A stretch of DNA of 60,870 nt, the filler included, from an uncultured Clostridia bacterium (GTDB lineage: Bacteria > Aerophobota > Aerophobia > Aerophobales > B3-G15), in assembly GCA_964482715.1 (NCBI GenBank). It is 3 parts of 3 records of this genome, joined end to end, with 100 filler letters (N's around TTAATTAATTAA, not from the genome) between each part and the next. Parts side by side here need not be neighbours in the genome. Positions count along the whole stretch, not along the records: positions 1 to 23,010 come from CAYZYX010000031.1; 2 more parts are not named here. One strand, written 5' to 3'. This document shows positions 1 to 9,758 of this stretch, one piece after another. Numbering within the stretch: the first letter of the stretch is position 1; each line of letters starts with the position of its first letter. The notes below the pieces were generated by a model. It did no database searches and was not told the origin of the DNA. It worked only from the letters and a program-made list of their open reading frames with translations. Made by a program: the position numbers and the translations under genes.

Positions 1-569
1 ATCCTGGTTTGAAGCTGGAAGTTCCCTTTGGTTCCTCTTTTTATCTGGTGGTGAACAATCAGCAAAGTTCAACTGACCCTGAAAATGCTGTTTTTAACTT
101 TGGTGGTGGATTAAGTACTTCCATGGGAGGAGTATCTTTGGATCTGGCCTTTAATTCTGATGGAGATGAGGGAAATACCTGGTACGGTTCATCCTATGGA
201 CTTAAGGTCGGGTATGCTCTTGATGCTATAAGTCTGGTTGCCGAATATGGTGCCTGGAGTCCAGGAGCAGATGACCTTGAAGCAGGTTCCGGGTATTACT
301 TTGAGTTTGGATACACTCTTCCCGGAGGAGATAGCCTTACCTTGAGTTACACTGGTTCAGATAAGAATTTGAATGGTGCAGGATATGGTCCCAGTGATCA
401 TGATTACTCCAAGATAAAAGGAGTCTACTCCCACTCTCTTGCTGAGGCAGTCACCCTGAGCTTTGAGGTAGCAAGTGAACAAAGAGGTCAACCAGATAAT
501 CCGTTAACCGAGAAGGATGAGAGTGAGTCTATAACTACCTGGACGGGTAAAATTAGTATTGCCATCTAA
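1..569 (+). CDS. Putative outer-membrane beta-barrel/porin-like protein, C-terminal part (5' truncated by window edge)
   Basis: Gly/Ser/Tyr/Asp-rich sequence with alternating amphipathic strands (YGLKVGYALDAISLVAEYG, YYFEFGYTL) and a terminal strand WTGKISIAI. Confidence 0.55.
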   Translation, partial: PGLKLEVPFGSSFYLVVNNQQSSTDPENAVFNFGGGLSTSMGGVSLDLAFNSDGDEGNTWYGSSYGLKVGYALDAISLVAEYGAWSPGADDLEAGSGYYFEFGYTLPGGDSLTLSYTGSDKNLNGAGYGPSDHDYSKIKGVYSHSLAEAVTLSFEVASEQRGQPDNPLTEKDESESITTWTGKISIAI

Positions 570-586
570 AAAGTAAAGCATATACC

Positions 587-616
587 GGGGCAAGCCAGTC
601 TCGAGAGGCTTGCCCC
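587..616 (+). terminator. GC-rich hairpin after the OMP gene
   Basis: GGGGCAAGCC (587-596) / GGCTTGCCCC (607-616), a perfect 10-bp stem; no clear U-tract. Confidence 0.5.
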
Positions 617-703
617 TCTCCTCATCAAGAAGGTTGCAATTACATTTAATTTGCTATAATTTATATAACCCAAAGTCAAAAATCAGGAGGTGAGGTAACA
701 AAA

Positions 704-1804
704 ATGGCAGAGGTCAGATTGAGGAATGTAACCAAGGTTTTTGGTAAGGTTGTTGCGGTGAAGAATTTCACTCTGGATATCAAAGATGGAGAGTTCATCA
801 TCCTGGTAGGTCCCTCTGGATGTGGTAAGACAACGACTCTTCGTACTATCGCTGGATTAGAAGAGGTAACCTCTGGTGAGATATACATAGGTGACAGGCT
901 TGTCAATGATGTCCCTCCCAAAAACAGAGACATCGCTATGGTCTTCCAGAATTACGCGCTCTATCCCCACATGGATGTTTATAGAAACATGGCTTTTGGA
1001 CTCAAACTCAGAAAGGTTCCCAAGGACGAGATTGACAGAATTGTAAAGCGGACGGCAGAGATGCTGGGAATCAGAGAGCTTCTGGACAGAAAGCCCAAGG
1101 AACTTTCTGGTGGACAACGTCAAAGAGTTGCTCTGGGAAGAGCTATTGTTAGGAACCCAAAGGTATTCCTTTTTGATGAGCCTTTATCCAACCTGGATGC
1201 TAAACTCCGTATAGCAATGAGAGCCGAGCTTCTGGATCTACATCAAAGGCTTAAAACTACAACCATCTATGTAACACACGACCAGCTGGAAGCTATGACC
1301 ATGGGTGACAGGATCGTGGTTATGAATGAAGGAATCATTCAGCAGGTAGATACTCCTCAAAATGTGTATGATCATCCTGTGAATAAGTATGTGGCTGGAT
1401 TCATTGGCTCACCTGCCATGAACTTTATAGATTGTGTCATTACCAAGAAGGATGGCAATCTCTATGCCACTACCAAGGGAATGAATCTGAAAATTCCAAA
1501 GGATAAAGCTAAACTGGTGGAGAAGTATATTAATAAGGAAGCTATTCTGGGACTTCGACCTGAACACATCTCTGATACTATGACCAAAAAGGATTATGCT
1601 CCTGAGACGACATTTAAAGCTTCTGTCTGGGTAGTTGAGCCACTGGGTTCTGAGAAACTGGTGCACGTTAGAAACGAAAACGATACGCTGGTGGCAAGGC
1701 TTGATCCTCATGTAAATTTACAGGCTGGAGATGTGGTTGAATTTACAGCGAGAATGGATTTAGCTCACATATTTGATAAGGAAACTGAAGAAACTGTTTT
1801 CTAA
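704..1804 (+). CDS. Sugar ABC transporter ATP-binding subunit (MalK/MsmX/UgpC family)
   Basis: Walker A GPSGCGKT, VFQNYALYPH, LSGGQRQR signature, DEPLSNLDA, C-terminal TOBE domain; SD AGGAGGTGA upstream. Confidence 0.95.
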   Translation: MAEVRLRNVTKVFGKVVAVKNFTLDIKDGEFIILVGPSGCGKTTTLRTIAGLEEVTSGEIYIGDRLVNDVPPKNRDIAMVFQNYALYPHMDVYRNMAFGLKLRKVPKDEIDRIVKRTAEMLGIRELLDRKPKELSGGQRQRVALGRAIVRNPKVFLFDEPLSNLDAKLRIAMRAELLDLHQRLKTTTIYVTHDQLEAMTMGDRIVVMNEGIIQQVDTPQNVYDHPVNKYVAGFIGSPAMNFIDCVITKKDGNLYATTKGMNLKIPKDKAKLVEKYINKEAILGLRPEHISDTMTKKDYAPETTFKASVWVVEPLGSEKLVHVRNENDTLVARLDPHVNLQAGDVVEFTARMDLAHIFDKETEETVF

Positions 1805-1858
1805 AAACCTCCCCTCGAAAGCTACAAGGAAAGGCAGGGAGGGGAGGGAAATTTTTGT

Positions 1859-1898
1859 CCCTCCTCCTGTAAGGCAACAGAGAGGAGGGGTTTTTATT
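1859..1898 (+). terminator. Rho-independent terminator-like hairpin with T-tract
   Basis: CCCTCCTC-CTGT/ACAG-A-GAGGAGGG stem followed by GTTTTTATT; a second hairpin lies at 1808-1847. Confidence 0.65.
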
Positions 1899-1906
1899 GT
1901 TAAGGT

Positions 1907-2419
1907 ATGAAGATAGTACTGGTTGATGGCTACAATGTTATCTATCAAAGTCCTTCCCTGAAGCTGCTGCTTTCCCAGAGTGTATCCAGAGCTCAGAGTG
2001 AACTGGTAGAGATGGTTTGTACTTACTGCTCTCTAAAGGGGGTGGAGGGATATGTTGTTTTTGATGCTTACAGACGCCCCACAAGTGAAAAAAAAGCTAT
2101 TTCCCCTCTGGTGAAGGTGATATATACAGGAGAGGGAAAGACCGCAGATTCTTTTATAGAGAATTTCATTGCCAGAAACAAATCAAGATACGAATTGATC
2201 TACGTCATTACTTCTGACTACTCTCAGGCAATGACGGTCCTGGATAAACACATACTTCCGGTATCTCCCAAAAATTTTCTTAAGGAACTTAATTACTCCA
2301 GAAAATATGTAAAGGAAAAATTTACCTCCCCTGTTCCCTTTACATATTATCTTTTGTCCAGTGAAGATCGCAAGAAAATTGAAGAAAAATTAAAGAAATC
2401 AAGGGAAAACAAAGGTTGA
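1907..2419 (+). CDS. NYN-domain ribonuclease, YacP/Rae1 family
   Basis: N-terminal LVDGYNVI, VVFDA, TADSFIE and VITSD motifs. Confidence 0.85.
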   Translation: MKIVLVDGYNVIYQSPSLKLLLSQSVSRAQSELVEMVCTYCSLKGVEGYVVFDAYRRPTSEKKAISPLVKVIYTGEGKTADSFIENFIARNKSRYELIYVITSDYSQAMTVLDKHILPVSPKNFLKELNYSRKYVKEKFTSPVPFTYYLLSSEDRKKIEEKLKKSRENKG

Positions 2420-2443
2420 CAGCGACAGGGATTTTAAGATAAT
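2416..2443 (+). promoter_or_regulatory. Putative sigma70 promoter of the phoH operon
   Basis: TTGACA-16 bp-GATAAT, upstream of an AAGGAG SD. Confidence 0.5.
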
Positions 2444-2481
2444 TATGTGTAAATTTACAAAAAAGAAGGAGAAAAAGATAA

Positions 2482-3471
2482 TTGAAAGTAACCAAAATTA
2501 GGATGAACAATTCTAATCAAATTCCTCTTCTTTTTGGGAAAAAAGATGAGAATTTGAGATTGATAGAAAAAGAGTTAGGGGTAGAGTTTATATTAAGAGA
2601 CAATTCTTTAAAGATAAGAGGCGAGGAAGAATCGGTTGATAAAGCCAGAAGTTTAATTCAGGATCTTTTGAAACAGTTACACCAGGGTTACACTCCTGAA
2701 ATAGATGATTTAAAATTAGCTCTAAAAAAGATAAAAGAAGGAGAGGGTTCTGGTTTAGAGGAATATTCATCCATGGTTATTTTCACCACTCCCCGGGGAA
2801 AGAAGATAAGACCCAGAACTGATGGACAAAAAGCTTATGTGGAGGCTATAAAGAAAAACGAAGTTGTCTTCGCTATTGGACCTGCTGGAACTGGTAAGAC
2901 TTACTTAGCTGTGGCCATGGCTGTTTCCAGTCTTGAAAAAGGAGAGGTGGTCAGGATCATTTTGACCCGTCCCACGGTTGAGGCAGGAGAAAAACTGGGT
3001 TTTCTCCCGGGCAGTTTAGAAGAAAAAGTTGAACCCTACCTGCGTCCCCTTTACGATGCTCTTTATGAAATGATGCTGGCTGAAAGATTTCAGTCTTTTC
3101 TGGAGAGAGGTATCATTGAAATTGCCCCTCTTGCCTACATGAGGGGTAGAACTTTGAATGATGCTTTCATAATTTTGGATGAGGCCCAGAACACTACCTA
3201 TGAACAGATGAAAATGTTTCTCACTCGTTTGGGATTTGGATCAAAAATAGTGATTACCGGTGATATCACCCAGATAGACCTGCCACCCCATAGAGTATCA
3301 GGCCTTGTTGAAGTTCAGTCACTTTTTAAAAATATAAAAGGTATTGAAACTGTCTATCTGACCGAGAAAGATGTGGTAAGACACAGATTGGTGCAAGAGA
3401 TAGTTAAGGCTTATGAGGATTATGAAAGAAGGGTAAGGAATGCCAAGAAGGGTAGAGAAGAAAGAGTCTGA
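2482..3471 (+). CDS. phoH: PhoH-family ATPase with N-terminal KH-like region
   Basis: GPAGTGKTYLA, LGFLPG, APLAYMRGRTL, DEAQN, GDITQIDL, DVVRH motifs; TTG start after AAGGAG. Confidence 0.95.
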   Translation: MKVTKIRMNNSNQIPLLFGKKDENLRLIEKELGVEFILRDNSLKIRGEEESVDKARSLIQDLLKQLHQGYTPEIDDLKLALKKIKEGEGSGLEEYSSMVIFTTPRGKKIRPRTDGQKAYVEAIKKNEVVFAIGPAGTGKTYLAVAMAVSSLEKGEVVRIILTRPTVEAGEKLGFLPGSLEEKVEPYLRPLYDALYEMMLAERFQSFLERGIIEIAPLAYMRGRTLNDAFIILDEAQNTTYEQMKMFLTRLGFGSKIVITGDITQIDLPPHRVSGLVEVQSLFKNIKGIETVYLTEKDVVRHRLVQEIVKAYEDYERRVRNAKKGREERV

Positions 3472-4948
3472 ATTACCCGGTTTGATTAAATTTAAGAAGG
3501 TATTTAGTAAACCTTCTTTTCCTGTTTGGGCCTGGGCAACAGGGACAGTTGCTGGAGTATGTATAATTTCCCTTTTTCCCTTTAGTGCACCTTTACACCA
3601 AAAAGCTGGAATAACCATTATTGTTAGTATTTTCGTGGTGATCCTTTTTATCTGTATTTTTCGTTTTTACCGTGAGTTTCTTGATAAAAAATACCTTGCC
3701 CTATCTACAATTCTTTTTTTAGCTTCACTTTTTATAAGTAAATTAATTATGGTTTTACCGCAAATTCCTGATATTTTTATCCCTGTTGCCTTTCTCTCCA
3801 TCCTTTTTTCTCTTTTTTTTAACTTTCCTGTATCTTTGCTTTTTCTTGGAATCTTCTGCTCTTTTCTTGTTCTTTTTTCCGGAGGATGGGAACTTCTTCC
3901 CATATGGCTGGCAGGTGGGATAATTGGTGCCTATGGTGCTCCTTTCATTCATCAAAGGGCTGATATAACCAGAGTGGGCCTGTGGGTTGGTCTTGCAAAT
4001 TTATCCTCTGCCATAGGGGTAGGTTTATTTAAAAATTCTGCTATACCAGATGTCGCTGTGTGGGGAATCTGGGCTATGGGGAGTGGAATATTTTCCAGTG
4101 TGCTTGTAAACGCTGTTTTGCCTTATCTGGAAACTTATCTTGGAATCACCACTGATATCAGGTTGCTGGAACTCACCGACCTTAACCATCCTCTTTTACG
4201 TAGATTGTCCATTGAGGCTCCCGGAACCTACCACCACACCGTAATGGTTGCCACTCTGGCAGTTTCTGCTGCTGAGGTGGTAGGAGCAAATCCACTTTTG
4301 ACCAGAGTGGGAGCTTACTATCATGATATTGGAAAGATAATACGTCCACACTTTTTCTTTGAAAACAGTAGAATGGAAGGGAGAATAGATGATTATCATT
4401 CTCACATCAGTCCCAATCTTTCTTCAATGGTTATTATCTCTCATGTAAAAGATGGAATTGAACTTGCCAGGATTTACCGTTTACCTCAGCAGGTTATAGA
4501 TATTATCGCTCAACACCATGGGACAAGCCTTATAGCTTATTTCTATCGCAAGGCTCTCTTAAAGAAAGGTAAAGAGAAGTCTGTTGATGAGTCTTCCTTT
4601 CGATATCCGGGTCCTAAGCCAAAAACCAAAGAGGCGGCTATAGTGATGTTAGCCGATTCTGTAGAAGCAGATTCACGCTTTTCCGTTGGGAAAAGTCATA
4701 AGGAGATTGTTTCTCAGATTCGCAAAGTCATTAATAACAAACTCCAGGATCATCAGCTGGATGAAGTAGACCTTACTTTGAGGGACCTTACCAGAATCTC
4801 CGAGGCATTTACCCGAGTTCTTGCTGGACTATCTCATACCCGGGGTAGATATCCTGAGGAAGTTTTAAAAGAAGTTCTCAAAGGTGAGGAGAAAATTGGT
4901 CAGCATCAACAATTTGTCGGGGAAAAGGGTTCCCAAACTGGCTCTTAA
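3440..4948 (+). CDS. 7TM-HD phosphohydrolase (PgpH-like c-di-AMP phosphodiesterase) without the large extracellular domain
   Basis: Multiple TM segments, then EAPGTYHH, YHDIGK, HHGT, FRYPGPKP, MLADSVEA; position between phoH and ybeY is typical. Confidence 0.85.
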   Translation: MPRRVEKKESELPGLIKFKKVFSKPSFPVWAWATGTVAGVCIISLFPFSAPLHQKAGITIIVSIFVVILFICIFRFYREFLDKKYLALSTILFLASLFISKLIMVLPQIPDIFIPVAFLSILFSLFFNFPVSLLFLGIFCSFLVLFSGGWELLPIWLAGGIIGAYGAPFIHQRADITRVGLWVGLANLSSAIGVGLFKNSAIPDVAVWGIWAMGSGIFSSVLVNAVLPYLETYLGITTDIRLLELTDLNHPLLRRLSIEAPGTYHHTVMVATLAVSAAEVVGANPLLTRVGAYYHDIGKIIRPHFFFENSRMEGRIDDYHSHISPNLSSMVIISHVKDGIELARIYRLPQQVIDIIAQHHGTSLIAYFYRKALLKKGKEKSVDESSFRYPGPKPKTKEAAIVMLADSVEADSRFSVGKSHKEIVSQIRKVINNKLQDHQLDEVDLTLRDLTRISEAFTRVLAGLSHTRGRYPEEVLKEVLKGEEKIGQHQQFVGEKGSQTGS

Positions 4949-5333
4949 GAGAGCTGTTTCTTTCACTTTGCAGAGAGAGGTGAGTGGGAAAAAGGAAGTA
5001 AGTCTCGTTATTGCTCCTGTGCGTATTATTAAAGAACTGAATTATCGTTATTTAAAAAAAGATTCGCCTACGGATGTTTTGGCTTTTCCCTTAAGAGAGG
5101 AGACTGGACCAGCTAAGGATTTACTTGGTGAAATATTCATCTGTCCAGATGTAGCCTTGCAACAGGCCCGGGAAAGAGGTCATTCTTTGAGAGAAGAGCT
5201 TATTCTTCTTGCCATCCATGGTACTTTGCACCTTCTGGGATACAGAGACGAGCAAGAAGAAGAAAAGGAGATTATGGAGCAAAAGGAAAAGGAGATTTTG
5301 AGATTATTGGGAGAAGACGATAAAATAGTTTAA
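4884..5333 (+). CDS. ybeY: rRNA maturation endoribonuclease YbeY
   Basis: PTDVLAFP, LGEIFIC and HGTLHLLGY motifs; the third His position reads RDE instead of DH. Confidence 0.9.
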   Translation: MRRKLVSINNLSGKRVPKLALKRAVSFTLQREVSGKKEVSLVIAPVRIIKELNYRYLKKDSPTDVLAFPLREETGPAKDLLGEIFICPDVALQQARERGHSLREELILLAIHGTLHLLGYRDEQEEEKEIMEQKEKEILRLLGEDDKIV

Positions 5334-5343
5334 AAGGAGATTT

Positions 5344-5898
5344 ATGATGGGGAAAAGGATGTTAAGAAGATGGGCGCTAATTGTTGTTTTTACTTTTTTA
5401 GCCTCAGGTTTTTTAGTTTCATCGGCCAGCGCGGCCATTCTCGTCAAGATAGGTTATGTAGACGTGGAAAAGGTTTTTCAAGAGTATCAGAAGAAAAAGG
5501 ATTTAGAAGCTAAGTTGCAAGCAGAAGGCGAAACGAAACGACAGGAACTTGCAAAAAGAAAAAAGGAACTTGAAGAACTTCAAAAGGAGTTTGAGGCTCA
5601 AAAACTCCTTTTAACTGAACAGGCAAAAGAGGAACGTCAGGAGGAGATTAACAGAAAAAGTGAAGAACTGAAGAGATTTCTTGATGAGATTACAAGTCAA
5701 ATGAAACAGAAAGAGACAAGTTACACTCAGGAAATACTCTCGGATATAATTGAGAAGATTAAAGAAATAGCCGCAAAAGAAGGTTATAGCCTTATATTTG
5801 ACAAGCAGGCTTTACTGTATGCTGCTGAAGATCCAGAACTTGATTTGACTCAGAAGATAATTGATGAGTTAAACAAAGAATACAGGGCTAAGGAATGA
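5344..5898 (+). CDS. skp: OmpH/Skp periplasmic chaperone
   Basis: Signal peptide, [11 protein letters not shown], coiled-coil body, GYSLIFD, DLTQKII; lies just upstream of lpxD. Confidence 0.9.
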   Translation: MMGKRMLRRWALIVVFTFLASGFLVSSASAAILVKIGYVDVEKVFQEYQKKKDLEAKLQAEGETKRQELAKRKKELEELQKEFEAQKLLLTEQAKEERQEEINRKSEELKRFLDEITSQMKQKETSYTQEILSDIIEKIKEIAAKEGYSLIFDKQALLYAAEDPELDLTQKIIDELNKEYRAKE

Positions 5899-6941
5899 AG
5901 ATCACTTTAGGTCAACTTGGCAAGTTAATTGAAGGAAAAGTTAGTGGAGATAAAGATTTAATAATAACGGGAGTAGCAGGTGTAGATGAAGCCAGAGAAG
6001 GAGAAATTACGTTTGCTGTTTCGGAAAAATTTTTGCGTATGGCTGAGCAAAGCTCAGCCTCGGCAATTATAGTGCCTATGGAAACAAGGGACCTTACAAA
6101 GCCTACAATAAAAGTCAAAAACCCCCGTCTGGCTTTTGCCAGAGTTCTCGAGATTTTCTACCCCCGTAAAGTCAAATTTCAAGGTGTTCATCCTACAGCG
6201 GTAATTGCCGAGGGAGTGAAAATTGGTAGAGAGGTAACTGTGGGGGCTTATTCGGTCATCAAAGAAGGTGCAGTTATAGAAGATGAGGTTTATCTTTCTG
6301 AATTCACCTATGTGGGAAGAAGGGTGAGAATTGGTCAGGGAAGTTTTCTCTATCCTCGGGTTACCTTGCTGGATGGAACACTAATTGGTAAGAGAGTTAT
6401 TATCCATTCAGGAACTGTAATTGGCTCAGACGGATTTGGATTTGTAAAAGGTGAAGATGGTTCCTACTATAAGATTCCTCAGATAGGAAGAGTTATTATT
6501 GAAGACGATGTAGAAATTGGAGCTAATGTTGCTATAGATAGAGCAACTACTGGTGAGACAAGAATAGGAAAAGGAACGAAAATCGATAATCTTGTGCACA
6601 TTGCTCACAACGTTACTATTGGCTCTAATGTAGCCATTGTTGCTCTGGTTGGGATATCGGGAAGTTGCAGGATAGGAGATAAGGTAATACTTGCCGGTCA
6701 AGCTGGAGTTACTGATCACGTTTCTATTGGAAATAATGCTGTGGTTGCTGCCAAATCCGGAGTCACCAAAGATGTACCTCCGGGTGCCTTCGTCTCCGGA
6801 TTTCCGGCCAGAAATCATGTAAAACAGAAGAGGATAAAGGCAATTATTCATAGACTTCCCGAGCTTATGCAGAGAGTTCAAAAATTAGAAAAGATGTTAA
6901 GGGAGATAAAAGAACATGGTACAGTTACAAAAAACAATTGA
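5895..6941 (+). CDS. lpxD: UDP-3-O-acylglucosamine N-acyltransferase
   Basis: LpxD N-domain (NPRLAFA), hexapeptide repeats, [27 protein letters not shown]. Confidence 0.95.
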   Translation: MKITLGQLGKLIEGKVSGDKDLIITGVAGVDEAREGEITFAVSEKFLRMAEQSSASAIIVPMETRDLTKPTIKVKNPRLAFARVLEIFYPRKVKFQGVHPTAVIAEGVKIGREVTVGAYSVIKEGAVIEDEVYLSEFTYVGRRVRIGQGSFLYPRVTLLDGTLIGKRVIIHSGTVIGSDGFGFVKGEDGSYYKIPQIGRVIIEDDVEIGANVAIDRATTGETRIGKGTKIDNLVHIAHNVTIGSNVAIVALVGISGSCRIGDKVILAGQAGVTDHVSIGNNAVVAAKSGVTKDVPPGAFVSGFPARNHVKQKRIKAIIHRLPELMQRVQKLEKMLREIKEHGTVTKNN

Positions 6942-8196
6942 GAAGTCTGTGACCTACACAGGAGTAAGTCTTCATCTGGGTGAAGAGGTACAGGTAACTC
7001 TTGAACCAGCTCCCGTTGAGGCAGGGATAATTTTTGTTAGGGAAGATCTACCCGGAAAGCCCGGGATTAAAGTAGCAGCAAGCAAGGTGGTGAATAACGA
7101 GAGAGGAACCACCATAGGGGAAGGTGATGTCAAAATTACAACTGTGGAACACATCCTGGCTACTCTTTCCGGACTGGGAATAGACAACATTGTAATACGA
7201 ATGAGTGGACAGGAATTTCCAGCTGGCGATGGAAGTGCCCTTCCCTGGGTTAATTTAGTTAAAAGTGCTGGTTTTGTGGTTCAGGATAAACCTAAGAAAT
7301 ATTATAAAGTGAGAAATCCTTTCTGGATTGAAGAAGAAGACAGGAGACTTGTGATTTTGCCCAGTGATGATTTTAAAATAACCTATACAGTTGATTTCCC
7401 TCAAAGCCCATTAAAAGCTCAATTTGCTGAATTTGTTATAGATGAGGAAACTTTTGTCCAGGAGATTGCCCCCTCACGAACTTTCGGGTTCATAAAAGAG
7501 GTGGAAGAACTCAAAAAAAAAGGTCTGGTTCAGGGAGGTTCGCTGGAAAACGCAGTAGTAATAGATGATGGAGGAGTGATAAATAAAGAGGGACTTCGTT
7601 TCCCCAACGAGCCTGTCAGACATAAAATACTTGATTTAATAGGTGATCTTTACCTAACTGGAAGGCCGATTAAGGGGCATATTATAGCAGTAAAGGCGGG
7701 ACACCTTTTTCATGTAAAGTTAGCTCAGAAATTGGAGAAGCTTATGGAAAAAGAGGGAAAGATGGATCTTTTTTTAGACATCAGGGATATAGAGTCTATT
7801 TTACCTCACAGGTACCCTTTTCTTCTGGTAGACAAAATTATTTCTATGGGGGAGCGGGAGATAGTAGGAGTAAAGAACTTTACCGTTAATGAGCCTTTCT
7901 TTACCGGTCACTTCCCGGGTCACCCGGTTGTCCCTGCAGCTTTGATTATTGAGGCTATGGCTCAGGTTGCTGGAGTTTATCTTTTAAGTAAAAGCGAGAA
8001 CCAGGGTAAACTTGCCTACTTTGCAGGTATTGACAAAGCTCGATTTAGAAAACCGGTATTTCCCGGAGATCAGCTTGTAACCCGGGTGAAAGTTTTAAAT
8101 CTCAGGAAAACCACCGGAAAGGTTGAAGCAGTAGGTACTGTGGAAGGAAAAGTAGTTGCTGAAGCCAATTTCCTTTTTAGCCTGGTGGAAAGATAA
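6916..8196 (+). CDS. lpxC-fabZ: Bifunctional LpxC deacetylase / FabZ dehydratase fusion
   Basis: LpxC motifs [27 protein letters not shown], then FabZ motifs [26 protein letters not shown]. Confidence 0.95.
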   Translation: MVQLQKTIEKSVTYTGVSLHLGEEVQVTLEPAPVEAGIIFVREDLPGKPGIKVAASKVVNNERGTTIGEGDVKITTVEHILATLSGLGIDNIVIRMSGQEFPAGDGSALPWVNLVKSAGFVVQDKPKKYYKVRNPFWIEEEDRRLVILPSDDFKITYTVDFPQSPLKAQFAEFVIDEETFVQEIAPSRTFGFIKEVEELKKKGLVQGGSLENAVVIDDGGVINKEGLRFPNEPVRHKILDLIGDLYLTGRPIKGHIIAVKAGHLFHVKLAQKLEKLMEKEGKMDLFLDIRDIESILPHRYPFLLVDKIISMGEREIVGVKNFTVNEPFFTGHFPGHPVVPAALIIEAMAQVAGVYLLSKSENQGKLAYFAGIDKARFRKPVFPGDQLVTRVKVLNLRKTTGKVEAVGTVEGKVVAEANFLFSLVER

Positions 8197-8205
8197 GTCC
8201 AGAAG

Positions 8206-8946
8206 GTGAATTTTATGCACGACTATTCTGCAGGTAGAGGGAAAATTCCCTTACATGTTGCCATCATAATGGATGGTAACGGAAGATGGGCGAAAAAGAG
8301 AGGCTTGCCCAGAAGTGAGGGTCATAGAGTAGGTATGGAGAAAATAAGGGAAGTGATGGATGCCTGCAAAGAAGAAGGGATAAGAATTTTAACTCTTTTT
8401 GCCTTTTCCAAACAAAACTGGAATCGGCCCAAACGAGAAGTAAATTTTCTGATGAATAGATTTAAATACTACCTTGACAGCGAAGTAGATAATCTTATGC
8501 AAAAAGGAGTTTGTTTCAGGGTAATCGGAAGGATAAATGAATTGCCGTCAGATCTTGTGGAAAGGATCAATAAGGTTCAATCAAAAACAAAAAACAATCG
8601 CGATTTTTTCCTAAATCTGGCTATAAACTATGGGGGACAAGAAGAAATAGTAGACACAGCTAAGAGGATATGTAAGATGGTAAAGGATGGTGAGATTTCT
8701 CCTGAAGATGTAAGTGTTGATTTATTCAGACAATATCTTTACACTGCAGATTTTCCATATCCAGATCTTCTTATTCGAACAGGAGGTGAATACAGGGTCA
8801 GCAATTTTCTTTTGTGGCAAATCGCCTATACGGAGCTCTGGATAACCAGAACTTTCTGGCCTGATTTTAATCGGGAAGACTTAAAGCAGGCTCTTGAGGA
8901 ATTTGCCTGCAGGGAGAGAAGGTTTGGAGCAATAAAGGAAAAGTAA
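8206..8946 (+). CDS. uppS: Undecaprenyl diphosphate synthase
   Basis: HVAIIMDGNGRWA, NYGG, PDLLIRTGGEYRVSNFLLWQ, RRFG. Confidence 0.95.
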   Translation: MNFMHDYSAGRGKIPLHVAIIMDGNGRWAKKRGLPRSEGHRVGMEKIREVMDACKEEGIRILTLFAFSKQNWNRPKREVNFLMNRFKYYLDSEVDNLMQKGVCFRVIGRINELPSDLVERINKVQSKTKNNRDFFLNLAINYGGQEEIVDTAKRICKMVKDGEISPEDVSVDLFRQYLYTADFPYPDLLIRTGGEYRVSNFLLWQIAYTELWITRTFWPDFNREDLKQALEEFACRERRFGAIKEK

Positions 8947-8948
8947 AA

Positions 8949-9758
8949 TTGTTCTGGAAAAGAATAATCATAGCTGTCATCTTCATTCCTATCTTAATTT
9001 TTTTGATTTTGAAAGGAGGATTTTTCTTTCTGGGGCTGGTTTGTGCCATAATTGCAGTTGGATTGATTGAATTTTACCATGGAGTGCAGCAGAATAAATT
9101 TCACGTTCCTTTGAGAGAAATCATACTGGGTCTTTGTATCCCTGTGTCAGTTTACTTTCAAGGTGAAACAATACTGCCCTTTGTTGTAACGGTGGTTATC
9201 TTCATAATTTTCTTCTGGGAGCTATTTAAACTCCAGACAAGTCAAACTCAGGTTAATATAGCTTTAAGTCTGGGAGGGATTTTGTACGTTAGCTATCTTT
9301 TCAGCTATATAGTAATTTTGAGAAAGATCCCTTTGGTAGGGGATAAGCTGGTGATAACTGTTCTTTTTGCCACCTGGATGGGAGATACGGGAGCCTATGC
9401 TGTTGGTAAGATATGGGGAAAACACAGAATGCTTTCCACTTACAGTCCTCACAAGTCGGTGGAGGGATTTTTGGGAGCTGTAAGTTTTAGTCTTGTTGCT
9501 ATGCTTGTATCGAGACTGTGGTTTTCCTTTTCTCTCATTCATACTCTGGTTTTGGGTATTTTTATGGGATTTGGTGGCGAGATGGGAGACTTTTTTGAAT
9601 CCATGCTAAAAAGAGGCTTGAGGATTAAAGATTTTGGTAAGATCTTGCCCGGGCACGGGGGAATTCTGGACAGATTTGATAGTTTATTTTTTACGGTGCC
9701 CATATTTTTTTACTATCTGAAATATTTTGTTAGACTGGAGGAACTTTTTAAATGCTAA
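8949..9758 (+). CDS. cdsA: Phosphatidate cytidylyltransferase
   Basis: Hydrophobic; DTGAY, SPHKSVEG, ESMLKR, KDFGKILPGHGGILDRFDS. Confidence 0.95.
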   Translation: MFWKRIIIAVIFIPILIFLILKGGFFFLGLVCAIIAVGLIEFYHGVQQNKFHVPLREIILGLCIPVSVYFQGETILPFVVTVVIFIIFFWELFKLQTSQTQVNIALSLGGILYVSYLFSYIVILRKIPLVGDKLVITVLFATWMGDTGAYAVGKIWGKHRMLSTYSPHKSVEGFLGAVSFSLVAMLVSRLWFSFSLIHTLVLGIFMGFGGEMGDFFESMLKRGLRIKDFGKILPGHGGILDRFDSLFFTVPIFFYYLKYFVRLEELFKC

